From: an uncultured delta proteobacterium
Lineage (GTDB): Bacteria; Myxococcota_A; Polyangia; Polyangiales; Polyangiaceae
Length of the DNA stretch: 64,000 bases
Assembly: GCA_963696385.1 (NCBI GenBank)
Contig: CAVOKF010000005.1
Span: 1,344,001 to 1,408,000, forward strand
Direction of reading: 5' to 3'
A model generated the notes under the pieces. That model saw only the letters and a program-made list of their open reading frames with translations, had not been told where the DNA came from and made no database searches. The position numbers were made by a program, and so were the translations under genes. The first letter of the stretch is position 1. Each line of letters opens with the position of its first letter. Positions 22,790 through 33,992 of this stretch are shown piece by piece.

Positions 22790-24180
22790 GCCTTCTTTTC
22801 CTCCGATCGCGTGTCGGGGGGCCCCCGTTCGGGGAGCTCGTACTCGTGCAGCTTGTATTGGATTTTTCGCGGGCTGACCCCGAGCACGGTCGCCGCTCGG
22901 GACGTGGATCCGCCGCAGGCCTCGAGAGTTTTCAGAATCGCGTAGCGCTCCAGATCCGCAATGGTGGAACCGGGAATGGGAGGTGGTCCGTCGCGTTCGC
23001 TGTACGGGATGACCGCGGGCGGCAGGTGCTTTCGCTCGATGTGCGCCCCGTCGCACAGAACCACCGCACGCTCGATGACGTTTTCGAGCTCGCGGACGTT
23101 GCCCGGCCAGCGGTACTCGAGCAACGCGCGAAGGGCATCGTCGGTGAAGGTGTCGATCGTTTTCCCATTCTCGGCCGCGTAGCGTCGGAGGAAGAAACTG
23201 GCGAGAACGGGAATGTCCGCGCGCCGATCGCGGAGCGGGGGGAGCTCGATCGTGACGACGTTCAGCCGGTAGAACAGGTCCTCGCGAAACGATCCCTTCT
23301 TGATCTCGGCGCCCAGATCACGGTTGGTCGCAGCGATCACGCGGACGTCGACTCGCAGCGTTTCGTTGCCACCGACGCGCTCGAACGTCCTCTCCTGAAG
23401 GAAGCGAAGAAGCTTGACCTGGACGGCGGCAGGCACTTCGCCGATTTCGTCGAGAAACAGCGTTCCCCCGTCGGCCTGCTCGAAGCGTCCTTCGCGTCTG
23501 GCGACTGCCCCAGTGAACGCCCCGCGCTCATGCCCGAAGAGCTCCGACTCGAGGAGCGATTCGCTCAATGCGGCGCAGTGGAGTCGCACGAACGGCGCCT
23601 TGGCCCGAGGGCTCGCGGCGTGAACCGCCTCGGCAATCAACTCCTTGCCCGTTCCACTCTCGCCGATCACGAGCACGCTGGCCCGGCTGGGACCCACTTG
23701 AGCGACGAGCTCCAACACGGAGTCCATCGTCGGGTCGCTCGACACGATGTGACTGAACGCATTTCGCTCCCGCAAGCGATCACGGAGCCGCTGGGCCTCC
23801 TGGACCAAACGAGCCTTCTCCATGGCCCGCTCGACCACGGCGCCGAGCGCTTCGGGGTCCAGCGGTTTGAGAAGATAGTTCTCGGCGCCCTTCTTCATGG
23901 CCAGGACTGCACTCGATATCGTTCCGAAGGCCGTCATGACGACGAACGCGGCGCCCGGGGCCGCGGCTCGGGCCTTTTCCATGAATGCGATGCCGTCCAG
24001 TCCCGGCATCTTCAGGTCGGTCAGGATGACGTCGGGAGCGAACTCGTCGATCTTGCCAAGGGCTTTGAATCCGTCGGCCGCAGTCTCCGTTGCGTACCCC
24101 TCTTCGCGCAAAATTTCGCTCAGCGCTGCACGTGCGTTGGATTCGTCGTCCACGATCAGAATGCGGCCACGGTGCGGCAT
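22786..24180 (-). CDS. Sigma54-dependent response regulator (NtrC/PilR family)
   Basis: Receiver domain (ILIVDDE, DLKMP), [22 protein letters not shown], Fis-type HTH. Confidence 0.97.
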   Translation of the reverse strand: MPHRGRILIVDDESNARAALSEILREEGYATETAADGFKALGKIDEFAPDVILTDLKMPGLDGIAFMEKARAAAPGAAFVVMTAFGTISSAVLAMKKGAENYLLKPLDPEALGAVVERAMEKARLVQEAQRLRDRLRERNAFSHIVSSDPTMDSVLELVAQVGPSRASVLVIGESGTGKELIAEAVHAASPRAKAPFVRLHCAALSESLLESELFGHERGAFTGAVARREGRFEQADGGTLFLDEIGEVPAAVQVKLLRFLQERTFERVGGNETLRVDVRVIAATNRDLGAEIKKGSFREDLFYRLNVVTIELPPLRDRRADIPVLASFFLRRYAAENGKTIDTFTDDALRALLEYRWPGNVRELENVIERAVVLCDGAHIERKHLPPAVIPYSERDGPPPIPGSTIADLERYAILKTLEACGGSTSRAATVLGVSPRKIQYKLHEYELPERGPPDTRSEEKKA

Positions 24181-24308
24181 GTGCAGGATGCGAATGCTTT
24201 TGACGAAAGGCTTGTGGAGAACGAGCCTAGCTTAGTGATAAAAACCAGCCGGTGAGAATTCGTGGTCGACGCGCATGCTTACTCCGTGTGCGCGCATCGG
24301 GGAGAGGC

Positions 24309-26660
24309 ATGAACCACTACCGCGCGTGGATTTCGACTATAGCGAGAACGGCTGGGGCCGCGGTCGTGGTGTGGGCGCCCATCGTCCACGCGCAATCCAC
24401 CGGCGGGAGCCCACCCCCCGCCGCCTCCTCCGCGCCGTCGAGCGTGGCGGTCCCGGGCGGATCCGCTGCACCCTCGCCCGCGAGCGCGCCCTCGGCGAAC
24501 AGCCCTCCGTCCGCGTCCGCCGCGGCGACAGCGCCACCGGCGACACCGGCGACTTCGGCTCCGACGGCCTCCGCTCCGGCCGCACCGTCTGCCGCAGACG
24601 AGGCTCCGGCTGGCGACGGTTCCGCCTCGCAGGTCCCGCCGTCCGGGGAGGGGGAGGAGTGGGTCGCGCGAGATCGCGACCTCGACGAATCGAACACCCT
24701 GACGGGCGGTGCCGGGCTGCTTCGAACGCAGCACGCCGAGAGCGGTTCACCCGGGCAATTTCGGCTCGGCTTCGTGGCCGAGTGGTTCCGCGCCGGGTTC
24801 CTATGCACATCCGCGTTCCCGTGTCCGACTCCGAACGGCGGCGTCCCGTTGACCCACGACGTGCTCGACCATATTGGTGGGACGCTGTCGCTTGGGGTGT
24901 CGATTGTGAAGATCGGTCCTGGAACGCTCGAAGGGTATGCGTCGACAACGACCTACGCCAACAGCGACACCGCCAACAATCCGGCGCTGCTCCAGGTGCT
25001 CGGCGATACGAACCTTGCCGTGAAGTACGTCGCACCGATTGGCGACGTGATGCGCGCCGGGGCGTTCACCGAACTTTGGCTGATCAATGGGTCCGGCTCC
25101 GTTGGGCTCGACGGCGGCGGTACAAGCGCGAAGTTCGGTGGTGTTGGGACGGCCGATTTTCGCGGGTTGGCCTCGCCCGTGCCTCTCCGATTCAGCGCCA
25201 ACCTCGTGTATTCGCTCGACAATACGGGAGCCGTACTCGCCAGTACCGAGTCGGCGCTCGGCACACCGGTCACACGCATCGAGCGCTACGGTCTCGGCGT
25301 GAACCGTGTCGATCACGTCGACGTGCTGCTGGGCGGCGAGGGCCTTTTTGCCGAGGAGCGCGTTCGGCCTTTCATCGAAGCGCACGTTCTCGTCGCGAGC
25401 AATCGGCAACAGTACCAGTGCCCGCAGGTCAATCCGAGTGGCGACAACTGCTTGAAGTTCGACAGCGACGCGGAATCGACGTTGACGATCGGCAGCCGGT
25501 TTTTCCCGTGGAAGCGTGGATTCTCAATCCTTACGGCACTCGACATCGGCTTGACCGGTACGAAGAACTTCATCGAGGAACTGCAGCCGATTGCGCCGTG
25601 GACCCTCTACATCGGGGGCGGCTGGGCGATCGACACCTGGGACCGGCCTCCCGTGGTCCGGACGGTCGAGAAAGCGATCGAGAGAGGGCCCACGACCGTT
25701 CACGTGGTCGGCTTCGTGCACGAAAAGGACAAGAATGACGCCGTGGCTGGCGCGATCGCGAGCTACCGGGACCGAGCGGACCTCACACCCCTGGCCACCG
25801 GAGCCGACGGCAAGTTCTCCGACGACGTGCCGCCCGGCGCCTACTCGTACGAGATCCGTGCAGACGGTTACAAGCCGGCCACGTGCGACGCCGACGCGAC
25901 CAAACCGGCGCCGGGTCCTCAGGCGCGAGCCCAGGTCGACATCGATTGTCCGCTCGAAGCGGTTCCGCGAGCAGGCACGGTGCTCGGTGTCGTGCGCGAC
26001 GCGGACACGAGTCAAGCGCTGGCCGGCGTGCAGCTCGTGTTGACCGACCCGCAGCACAAGGAGCTGCGGCTCGCGACGGATGCCAACGGACGGTTCCGTT
26101 TCGAGGCCGTGGCACCTGGGACGGGCGAGTTGAGCGTGATCGCGGACGGCTACCTCGCGCTCGTAACGCCGACCGATGTCAAGGCGCGCCAGGAGAGCAC
26201 GATCGATCTGTTGCTGAGGCCCAAGCCGAAACAGCCGAGCGTCGTCGTGACCGCGAAGGAGATCACGATCAAGGACCAGATCCAGTTCGCGCTGGACAGC
26301 TCCGTGATCCTTCCTCAGTCGTTCGGTCTGCTCACGGAGGTCGCCGATACGCTCATTCGGCACAGCGAGCTCAAACACGTCGAAGTCGAAGGCCACACGG
26401 ACAACAGCGGCACCCCGGATCACAACCGCGTGCTGAGCGACGAGCGGGCGTCCGCCGTACGATCGTGGCTCGTTCAACACGGCGTCTTGGCCGACCGACT
26501 CGTGGCTCGCGGCTACGGCCAGGACAAGCCGCTCGTTCCGAACGTCACGGCAGCGAACCGCGCCCGAAACCGACGAGTGCAGTTCATCATCCTCGAACGC
26601 GACGCGACGATCCCGGGCTCGGCGCCTGCCGATCGGAAGCCCGAGCCGCCCGGCTTCTGA
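24309..26660 (+). CDS. Outer-membrane OmpA-family protein with carboxypeptidase-regulatory-like domains
   Basis: Signal peptide, Pro/Ala linker, beta-rich region, two TDANG/TGADG-F domains; C-terminal VEGHTD...LSDERA...GYG...NRRVQF. Confidence 0.9.
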   Translation: MNHYRAWISTIARTAGAAVVVWAPIVHAQSTGGSPPPAASSAPSSVAVPGGSAAPSPASAPSANSPPSASAAATAPPATPATSAPTASAPAAPSAADEAPAGDGSASQVPPSGEGEEWVARDRDLDESNTLTGGAGLLRTQHAESGSPGQFRLGFVAEWFRAGFLCTSAFPCPTPNGGVPLTHDVLDHIGGTLSLGVSIVKIGPGTLEGYASTTTYANSDTANNPALLQVLGDTNLAVKYVAPIGDVMRAGAFTELWLINGSGSVGLDGGGTSAKFGGVGTADFRGLASPVPLRFSANLVYSLDNTGAVLASTESALGTPVTRIERYGLGVNRVDHVDVLLGGEGLFAEERVRPFIEAHVLVASNRQQYQCPQVNPSGDNCLKFDSDAESTLTIGSRFFPWKRGFSILTALDIGLTGTKNFIEELQPIAPWTLYIGGGWAIDTWDRPPVVRTVEKAIERGPTTVHVVGFVHEKDKNDAVAGAIASYRDRADLTPLATGADGKFSDDVPPGAYSYEIRADGYKPATCDADATKPAPGPQARAQVDIDCPLEAVPRAGTVLGVVRDADTSQALAGVQLVLTDPQHKELRLATDANGRFRFEAVAPGTGELSVIADGYLALVTPTDVKARQESTIDLLLRPKPKQPSVVVTAKEITIKDQIQFALDSSVILPQSFGLLTEVADTLIRHSELKHVEVEGHTDNSGTPDHNRVLSDERASAVRSWLVQHGVLADRLVARGYGQDKPLVPNVTAANRARNRRVQFIILERDATIPGSAPADRKPEPPGF

Positions 26661-26679
26661 CGACGGCGGTTCAAGGGAC

Positions 26680-26708
26680 TTGATCGGGGTCGGGTGCGAG
26701 GCTACGGT
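26680..26708 (+). promoter_or_regulatory. Putative sigma70 promoter of the rimP-nusA-infB operon
   Basis: TTGATC-N17-TACGGT upstream of the leader hairpin. Confidence 0.55.
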
Positions 26709-26737
26709 GTGGGGCCCTGTTTGGTGGTTTTGAAGAG

Positions 26738-26772
26738 CGCGGGACCCCAAGTCGGGGCCCGCGTTTTTTTTT
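26738..26772 (+). terminator. rimP leader: intrinsic terminator/attenuator
   Basis: CGCGGGACCCC-AAGTC-GGGGCCCGCG stem followed by T9, between the promoter and the rimP ATG. Confidence 0.8.
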
Positions 26773-26804
26773 GGCACGGCTCCCACCCGCTCGGGCACCC
26801 AGTC

Positions 26805-27359
26805 ATGGCAACCACCTTGAGCTCTACCGTTCACGGCGTCGATCGCGAGGCGCTCCTGCGTGTCGTCGAGCCGATCGCGCACGCTCACGGGGCGGAGCTC
26901 GTCGAGGTCGAATTCCGCCCGGAGCGTGGCGGCTGGGTTTTGCGAGTGTTCGTCGAGAAGCGGGGGGCCGCGGAGCACAACCTGTCGACACGCGACGCGG
27001 CCGTGACGCTCGAGCTGTGCGCGAACGTCTCGCGCGATCTGAGCCCGGCGCTGGACGTCGCCGATCTGATACCGCACGCCTATCATTTGGAAGTCAGCTC
27101 GCCGGGCGTTGAGAGACCGCTGAAGGGGGAGAGAGACTTCGTCCGGTTTGCCGGCCAAAAAGCAAAGGTGAAGCTCCGGCGCGTGCCCGACGGCATGGCG
27201 GGTCCTCGGGTCATCGTCGGGACCCTCGACGGAGTCGCGGGAAACAAAATCAGAATCATCGAGGGCAGGGGCGTTCGCGAAGTGCCTCTCGCTGACGTAG
27301 ACAGCGCACGTCTCATTTTCGAATTCGGCACGCCCGCGGTTGAGCCGCGGCGTGGCTAG
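26805..27359 (+). CDS. rimP: Ribosome maturation factor RimP
   Basis: ELVEVEF...LRVFVE, YHLEVSSPGVERPL; directly upstream of nusA. Confidence 0.95.
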   Translation: MATTLSSTVHGVDREALLRVVEPIAHAHGAELVEVEFRPERGGWVLRVFVEKRGAAEHNLSTRDAAVTLELCANVSRDLSPALDVADLIPHAYHLEVSSPGVERPLKGERDFVRFAGQKAKVKLRRVPDGMAGPRVIVGTLDGVAGNKIRIIEGRGVREVPLADVDSARLIFEFGTPAVEPRRG

Positions 27360-27377
27360 GGAACACCGAGGAACATC

Positions 27378-29046
27378 ATGGCGATTCAACAGCAGCAGTC
27401 CGGCTCGGGCGATCTGACGCTCTTGCAGGCCATCGAGATGGTGGCCAAGGACAAAGGGATCGACAAGACGCGGCTCGTCAAGACCGTCGAGGAGGCCATC
27501 CTCAAGGCTGCGCAAAGTGTCTTCGGGGCGACTCGCGAGCTCGAGGCGCGGTTCAACGAGGACACGGGTCAAGTCGACCTCTTTCAGTATATGACCGTGG
27601 TCGACGACGTGGCCGACGAAGATCGCGAGATCGCGCTCGAGGACGCGCTGCGCCTCGGCCTCGAAGCAGCAATGGGCGAGGAGCTCGGGTTCCAGATCTT
27701 CTGGCATCCTTTGGATGCCAAAAAGGCTGCGGAGCAGGACAAGGACTACGGAGACATCCTTCGCGTCAAGCAAGCGCGCCAGGCCTTCGGTCGCATCGCG
27801 GCGCAGACGGCCAAGCAGGTGCTCATTCAGAGAGTTCGTGATGAAGAGCGCGATCTCATCTTCAACGAATTCAAAGATCGAAAGGGGGAGCTCATCAAGG
27901 GTGTCGTGAGGCGCTTCGAGAAGGGCAACAACCTCATCGTTGACCTTGGTCGCACGGAGGGGATCTTGCCATTTCCGGGAGCAGACACCGCGCGAGACCT
28001 ACCGTCCCGGGGATCGAATCGTCGCGTACGTGAAGGAGATCGACCGCGAAGCGCGCGGTCCGCAGGTCATCTTGTCGCGCAACGATCCGCGTTTGGTCGA
28101 GAAGCTGTTCGAGGCGGAGGTGCCCGAGATCTACGAAGGAATCGTCAAGATCGTCGCGTGCGCGCGCGAGCCGGGGGCCCGTTCGAAGATTGCCGTGACG
28201 AGCCGCGATGCCGATGTCGACCCGGTTGGCGCTTGCGTCGGCATGAAGGGCGCGCGGGTGCAAGCCGTCGTGCAGGAGCTTCGTGGCGAGAAGATCGACA
28301 TCGTGCCGTTCGATCGCGATCCGGCCCGTTTCGTGTGCGCGGCGATCCAGCCGGCCGAGGTGAGCAAGGTGATCGTCGATGAGGCCGACGGACGTATGGA
28401 GCTGGTCGTCCCCGACGAAAAGCTGTCGCTGGCGATCGGGCGTAAGGGCCAGAACGTGCGGCTCGCCGCGCAACTGTCCGGGTGGAAGCTCGACATCATC
28501 AGCGAGAGCAAATTCAAGCAGATGGAAGAGGAGGCGGTTGCGCAGCTGCAGCAGATCGAAGGCGTCTCCGAGGCGATTGCCCGGAGCATGTATCGCCTGG
28601 GGTTCCGTACGCTCGAAGAGCTCGCCGAGGCGAGCGAGCAAGAGCTCGCATCGATTCCGGGCTTGGCCGGCGCCGACGCCGCGTCACGCGTGCGATCGAA
28701 CGCGGAAACGACCATGGAGCGCCTGCGGCAAGACCGGATTCGAGCAGCGTCGGCGCGGACCGAGCCGCTCACCGAGCGAGAACGCCTGCTCTTCATCCGA
28801 GGCGTGGGGGAGCGTACCGTGCAGTTGCTGGAGGATGCGGGCTACCGGACCGTCGAGGACATCCTGCGAGAAGACGAGGACAAGCTGGCGATCAAGACCG
28901 GCTTAGGGATCAAGAAGGCACGCGCCATCAAGCATGGCGCGGAGCACTTCCTGTCCAGTGAATCCAAGGCCATCGAAGCGGCCCGGCGGGAAGCCATTGC
29001 CAAGGCGCGGGAGTCGGCTCAGGCGGCGGCTCAACCTCAGACCTGA
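27378..29046 (+). CDS. nusA: Transcription termination/antitermination factor NusA with C-terminal HhH repeats (+1 frameshift near 27973)
   Basis: FGRIAAQTAKQV, REPGARSKIAV, VDPVGACVGMKG, LAIGRKGQNVRLA. Removing one base in CCATTTCCGG joins the halves (ILPF-REQ). Confidence 0.95.
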
Positions 29047-29072
29047 GCGGAAAAGAAAGCATGCGGGCGGTA

Positions 29073-29744
29073 ATGGACCGACGACGAGACGCCGACCGGC
29101 GAACGCCCACTCGGACGTGCGTTGGCTGCGGCTTGCCCGACGCTGCCGCTCGGATGGTTCGAGTCGTCATGGCCGAGGCTACCGGGCAACGTGCGCGATT
29201 CGCTGAATCCGCGCCAATCGATGCCGGTATCGTCTTCGATCTCGCGGGCGGCTCGTTCGGGCGCGGCGCGCATGTTCATGCTCGCACGGCCTGCCTGTTG
29301 AAGGCGCCCCGGGGCATCGCTCGATCTTTCCGGCGGAACGTCTCGACCGGCGCCGACGAGATGGGGCGACGGCTGGTCGCGGCTTGCGACCAAAGAATGG
29401 TCGGACTCGTCCTCGCCTCGCGACGAATTGGCGCACTCGACATCGGTGCCGACGCCTCGTTCGAAGCCATTCGACGCGGTGCCCCGCTGGCGATCGTCGC
29501 CGTGGATGCCGGAACCGTCGCGTCCAGCTTGGAGGTCACACGCGCGGTAGCCGAGGGGCGCGCGATCGCGTGGAGCAACAAAAGTGATCTCGGGGGCTTG
29601 CTCGGGGAGCGAGCCGTCGCAATTTGTGCGGTTCGCCACGATGCGATTGCGCTGGAGCTGAAGCGGATGCGCGCTGCGGCCGACGCGGGCGTGGCAGTGA
29701 CGAGAGAAGGTGCGGAATGCAGCAGATGTCCGGAGGCTCGATGA
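29073..29744 (+). CDS. YlxR (DUF448) - L7Ae/YlxQ-like fusion RNA-binding protein
   Basis: RTCVGC...GRGAHV (YlxR), then GLVLASRRIG...AIVAVDA...DLGGLLG (L7Ae-like). Confidence 0.8.
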   Translation: MDRRRDADRRTPTRTCVGCGLPDAAARMVRVVMAEATGQRARFAESAPIDAGIVFDLAGGSFGRGAHVHARTACLLKAPRGIARSFRRNVSTGADEMGRRLVAACDQRMVGLVLASRRIGALDIGADASFEAIRRGAPLAIVAVDAGTVASSLEVTRAVAEGRAIAWSNKSDLGGLLGERAVAICAVRHDAIALELKRMRAAADAGVAVTREGAECSRCPEAR

Positions 29745-32578
29745 GCGGAAAGGTGCGCATTTACGAGGTCGCAAAGCAGCTGAACCTCGATCCCAAACAG
29801 GTGGTCGGCCTGTTTCAGGCGATTGGTATCTCCGACGTCCGCAACCACATGAGCTCTGTGGAGCCGGAGGCCATCGAGCGCGTCAAGCGGCACCTCGAGA
29901 AGCAGCGGACCCACGACGTCGTCGAGGAGCGTGTCCGTTTCGGGGTGGTCAAACGCCGGGCCGTCGCCAAGCCGGGGTCGCCCACGCCTCCGGAGCCTGC
30001 TCCGGCCCCATCGCTCCCGCCGTCACCCTCGCTTTCCTTGCCCGCTCTCGACGAGCTCGTGGTGGTTCACGAGCAGAACGGCCGTGCGTTGCCCGAGCCG
30101 GTCGCCGCCCGCGAAGGGCGCGAAGGATCCAGAACCACCCCCAAGGAACCGAGTCGTCCGCCGGTCGTCGAGGACCGGGCGACGGCGCGAACGAGCGAGC
30201 CCGCGCCGGTCCCCGAAGCGCAGCGGCCGCGTGTTGAGACGAGGGCGGAAGAGGAGGTCGTGGCCGTCGCCGTCGCCGAGGCTTCGCCCGTTTCCGCTGC
30301 GCCGGCGGCGCAGGCCGCGCCGGCTCCGCTGCCCGAACGCCCGACGGACGATACGGTGGCGGCAGCCGCGCCCGCGCCGCCTCTGCCGGAACCCGCAGTC
30401 GCGTCGAGTTCTCCACCGATCGCCGTACAGCTCCCTCCGCCGCTGCCGTCGCCGGCCCCTGCACGGCGATCCGAGCCGCACCAGGACGCCGTGGTTTCTG
30501 CACGATCGGGCGCTGCGCCGAAGACCGGCGTGGAATATTGGACGGGGCGGCCAGGGGTGCCCATGCCGGCTCCGAGCGCCACCACCGCGCGCGCCGCTTC
30601 CACGCAGCCCAACATGCCGCGTCGCGTTCAGTACGACCCTCGCGCCGGAACCGCGGGTGGTCCCGGTGCGCGGCGCGACGTGCGTGCACCGGGCCAGCAG
30701 CCCGGCCGACCGATGATGGGTCGCACTCCGGGCGGTGCCGGTGGACGGCGACCGATGGGCCCGCTACCTCCGAAACGGCCCCCGATCATCTCGACGCAGG
30801 AGATGAGTGCGCACAAGAAGGTCATTCGCATCGAGAGTGACGTGACCCTCCAAACCATGGCTCAGCGCATGAGCCTGAAGGGTACCGAGCTGCTGATGAA
30901 GCTCTTGTCGATGGGGATGAGCAACGTTCACATCAACACGACGCTCGACGCAGACACCGCCAAGATCTTGGCCAGTGAGTTCGGGTGGGAAGTGGAGGAT
31001 GTGAGCAAGAGCGAGGAGCAGACCATTGCCGAAGCGCGCGGGGAAGAGGAAGAGCGCGACGCCGATTCATCGAACTTGCGCCCACCGGTCGTGACGGTGA
31101 TGGGTCACGTCGACCATGGCAAGACGAGCCTGCTCGACCGGATCCGGAAGGCCAACGTCGCAGGGGGCGAGGCCGGGGGCATCACTCAGCATATCGGCGC
31201 TTACAAAGTCGAGACGAAGCACGGAACCGTGGTGTTTCTCGACACGCCGGGGCACGAGGCGTTCACGCAAATGCGCGCTCGCGGCGCGAGTGTGACCGAC
31301 GTCGTGGTGCTCGTGGTTGCCGCCGACGACGGAGTGATGCCTCAGACCAAGGAAGCGATCGCGCATGCGAAAGCGGCGAAGGTTCCGATCATCGTCGCGG
31401 TCAACAAGATCGACAAACCGCAGGCGGATGTCGATCGCGTGCGGCGCGAATTGGGAGAGCAAGGGCTCGTTCCCGAAGAATGGGGGGGCGACACGCTCTT
31501 CGTGAACGTGAGCGCGCTGACCGGCGAGGGAGTTGACCGGCTGCTCGAAGCCATCCAGCTCCAAAGCGAGCTTTTGGAGCTGCGGGCGAGCCCCGCGAGG
31601 CCGGCGAGCGGGACCGTTCTGGAGGCCCTGCTCGACAGGGGCCGCGGACCGGTGGCGCGAGTGCTCGTGCAGGATGGGACCTTGCGCGTGGGTGACTTCG
31701 TCCTGGCCGGCGCCGGCTTCGGCAAAGTTCGCGCGATGACCAACGAGCACGGCAAACAGGTTCAGGAGGCGACGCCGGCGACGCCCGTCGAGATTCTCGG
31801 CTTGAACGAGGTGCCCAACGCCGGCGATCGCATGGACGCAGTCAAGGATCCGAAGAAGGCGCAGGAGATCGCCGAGAGCCGCAGAGGCAAGATGGCGAAG
31901 AGCCTTATCCCATCGACGGCCAAGGTGTCGCTCGAGGAGCTTTCCAAACGGATCGCCGAGAGCGGCCAACAGGAGCTCCGCGTGATCATCAAGGGCGACG
32001 TTCAAGGATCGGTCGAGGCTCTCGCCGATGCCTTGGCGAAGCTGACTGGGGAAAAGGTCCGGTTGTCGATCATCAACGCTGCGGCCGGCGCCATTACCGA
32101 GGGCGACGTCAACCTGGCGATCGCCTCAAAAGCCATCATCATCGGGTTCAACGTTCGGCCCGCGGGCAAAGCGAGCGCGTTGGCGGAGGAGAACAAGATC
32201 GAAATTCGTCTCTACTCGATCATTTACGACGCGCTCGAGGACGTGAAGGGGGCCATGGAAGGGCTCCTCCCGCCGACACTCGTCGAGAAGCAGCACGGCA
32301 AGGCCGAGGTGCGCCAAGTCTTCAAGGTGAAGGGCGTTGCCGTTGCGGGTTGTTACGTGACCGAGGGCAAGATCGTCCGTAACGGAAAGGTGCGCATCGT
32401 TCGCGAAGGAGTGGTCGCCTGGGACGGAAAGATCGCGAGTCTCAAGCGTTTCAAGGACGACGTGCGCGACGTGGCGGAAGGCTTCGAGTGCGGTATCAGC
32501 CTGGAGAACTTCAACGATCTGAAGGAGAAAGACGTGCTCGAGTGCTACGAGGTCGAGGAGATCAAGCAGAGGCTGTGA
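29741..32578 (+). CDS. infB: Translation initiation factor IF-2
   Basis: [46 protein letters not shown]. Confidence 0.98.
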   Translation: MSGKVRIYEVAKQLNLDPKQVVGLFQAIGISDVRNHMSSVEPEAIERVKRHLEKQRTHDVVEERVRFGVVKRRAVAKPGSPTPPEPAPAPSLPPSPSLSLPALDELVVVHEQNGRALPEPVAAREGREGSRTTPKEPSRPPVVEDRATARTSEPAPVPEAQRPRVETRAEEEVVAVAVAEASPVSAAPAAQAAPAPLPERPTDDTVAAAAPAPPLPEPAVASSSPPIAVQLPPPLPSPAPARRSEPHQDAVVSARSGAAPKTGVEYWTGRPGVPMPAPSATTARAASTQPNMPRRVQYDPRAGTAGGPGARRDVRAPGQQPGRPMMGRTPGGAGGRRPMGPLPPKRPPIISTQEMSAHKKVIRIESDVTLQTMAQRMSLKGTELLMKLLSMGMSNVHINTTLDADTAKILASEFGWEVEDVSKSEEQTIAEARGEEEERDADSSNLRPPVVTVMGHVDHGKTSLLDRIRKANVAGGEAGGITQHIGAYKVETKHGTVVFLDTPGHEAFTQMRARGASVTDVVVLVVAADDGVMPQTKEAIAHAKAAKVPIIVAVNKIDKPQADVDRVRRELGEQGLVPEEWGGDTLFVNVSALTGEGVDRLLEAIQLQSELLELRASPARPASGTVLEALLDRGRGPVARVLVQDGTLRVGDFVLAGAGFGKVRAMTNEHGKQVQEATPATPVEILGLNEVPNAGDRMDAVKDPKKAQEIAESRRGKMAKSLIPSTAKVSLEELSKRIAESGQQELRVIIKGDVQGSVEALADALAKLTGEKVRLSIINAAAGAITEGDVNLAIASKAIIIGFNVRPAGKASALAEENKIEIRLYSIIYDALEDVKGAMEGLLPPTLVEKQHGKAEVRQVFKVKGVAVAGCYVTEGKIVRNGKVRIVREGVVAWDGKIASLKRFKDDVRDVAEGFECGISLENFNDLKEKDVLECYEVEEIKQRL

Positions 32579-32651
32579 AGACGACGCCGGTTCGGCTGCG
32601 CAGCGTGGATGTCCCGTCCGAGGGCATTGCCGATCCGGGCCCTGCACGGTG

Positions 32652-32975
32652 ATGTTTGTGGGGGTCCTTCGCTTGACGTTCCACATCCCTCATGCGCGAT
32701 CGCTCAAAGACAAACGGCGCGTCATCCAGCGCGTTCGCGATCGCGTGCGCTCGCGCTTCGACGTATCGATCGCCGAGGTCGGGGCCCAGGACACCCACCA
32801 GCGAGCCGTATTCGGGGTCAGCGTCGTTTCCGGCGATTCGGCGGCGTGCGATTCCGTCCTCGAACAAGTGGCCCACGTGGCCGAGTCTTCGCGCGATGCG
32901 GTTCTGACCGACCGCACGACCGAGGTCATAACCATCGGCGACGACATGTATCCCAGGAGCGATCATGACCTCTGA
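32652..32975 (+). CDS. ylxP: DUF503 (YlxP) family protein
   Basis: MFVGVLRL...ARSLKDKRRVI...FDVSIAEV; canonical position between infB and rbfA. Confidence 0.9.
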   Translation: MFVGVLRLTFHIPHARSLKDKRRVIQRVRDRVRSRFDVSIAEVGAQDTHQRAVFGVSVVSGDSAACDSVLEQVAHVAESSRDAVLTDRTTEVITIGDDMYPRSDHDL

Positions 32976-33339
32976 GCCGGGGATGCGGGCGAAGCGCGTG
33001 GGGGAAGGAATCCGAGAGCAGGTCGCATCCCTGCTCGCTCACGAGGTCAAGGATCCAAAGGCAGCCGGCGCCGTCGTGACTCGGGTCGAGATGACGGCCG
33101 ATCTTCGGACCGCCCGGGTGTACGTCCGCACGCTCGGCGTGACGGACGATGCAACTCGCAGGCGCGAGCTCATCGGCGCTCTGCGCCGCGCCTCTGGATT
33201 GTTGCGGCGCGAAGTGGGCCGTCGGCTTGGGTTGCGCTATGCCCCGGAGCTTCGCTTCACTTACGACGAGGGAGTGGACCACACGAGCCATATCGAGAAG
33301 CTGCTGGCCGAAATCTCCGAGGAGCGTCGCTCGCGCTGA
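32965..33339 (+). CDS. rbfA: Ribosome-binding factor A
   Basis: VKDPK...VTRVEMTADL..ARVY...LRYAPELRFTYD. Confidence 0.95.
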   Translation: MTSEPGMRAKRVGEGIREQVASLLAHEVKDPKAAGAVVTRVEMTADLRTARVYVRTLGVTDDATRRRELIGALRRASGLLRREVGRRLGLRYAPELRFTYDEGVDHTSHIEKLLAEISEERRSR

Positions 33340-33382
33340 CGTGGCGCTGTTCGGCCAAGACGACGCTCCTGCTGCGAAGCAC

Positions 33383-33979
33383 TCACATCAGGCGCGTCAC
33401 GTACCATGCACCTCGCCACGCCGTCATCTCGCGAATCGACATCGCGTGGGTTCGTCCATCGACCACGAACGTCAAGCGGCACTCCCGGATCGTCCAGAGC
33501 GGCTTCCTCCATGCGTGATGGCGGGCGGTCTCCTGCGTCATGGCGTGTCCCATCTCGAGCGACACGAAGCGCGCTCGGTCGAGGCCGGGGTGGCGTCGGC
33601 CCATCGCGCGGATCGCGCGCCGGAACGGTCGGGCCACGCGCTTCTCCCAATCCTTGCCCGGATCGGAAACGTCCCGAGTCGTAAGCCAGCCATCGCGCGG
33701 GAACAGGATGTCGGTGGCGAGTTGAGAGTCATCTCGAGCGATCGCCTCGAGCAAATGCCGCGCTCGCGTCGACAATTCTTCGCCGGAGCTCGATGGGATG
33801 GCGTCGTCGGGGGGCGGCGCCGCATCGATTTCGGTGGCGACCGCCGCATCGTTGCCAGGACCGCCGCCGGCTTCGGTTGCAACCCGACCGCCCTCCAGGC
33901 GTGAGCCGCGACACCCAATCGACAGGCCGACGAGCGCGACGAGAGCCGCGGAGCGCAGGCCCGCGTCGCTCTTTCTCAT
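33383..33979 (-). CDS. Hypothetical lipoprotein
   Basis: Signal/lipobox LSIGC; globular C-terminal domain ending WRGAWYVTRL. Confidence 0.7.
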   Translation of the reverse strand: MRKSDAGLRSAALVALVGLSIGCRGSRLEGGRVATEAGGGPGNDAAVATEIDAAPPPDDAIPSSSGEELSTRARHLLEAIARDDSQLATDILFPRDGWLTTRDVSDPGKDWEKRVARPFRRAIRAMGRRHPGLDRARFVSLEMGHAMTQETARHHAWRKPLWTIRECRLTFVVDGRTHAMSIREMTAWRGAWYVTRLM

Positions 33980-33992
33980 GGGTCGGTCCTGC

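Noticed and set aside
25524..27773. Long antisense ORFs (also 12551..14533, 22846..24255, 50465..51979, 53568..55427)
   Set aside because: They are antisense shadows of well-supported genes, expected in high-GC DNA, and show no motifs.
27960..27985. Programmed frameshifting or true pseudogenisation of nusA (and tpiA, ubiD)
   Set aside because: No slippery heptamer or stimulator is evident, and the genes are otherwise intact and normally essential. Sequencing error is more parsimonious.
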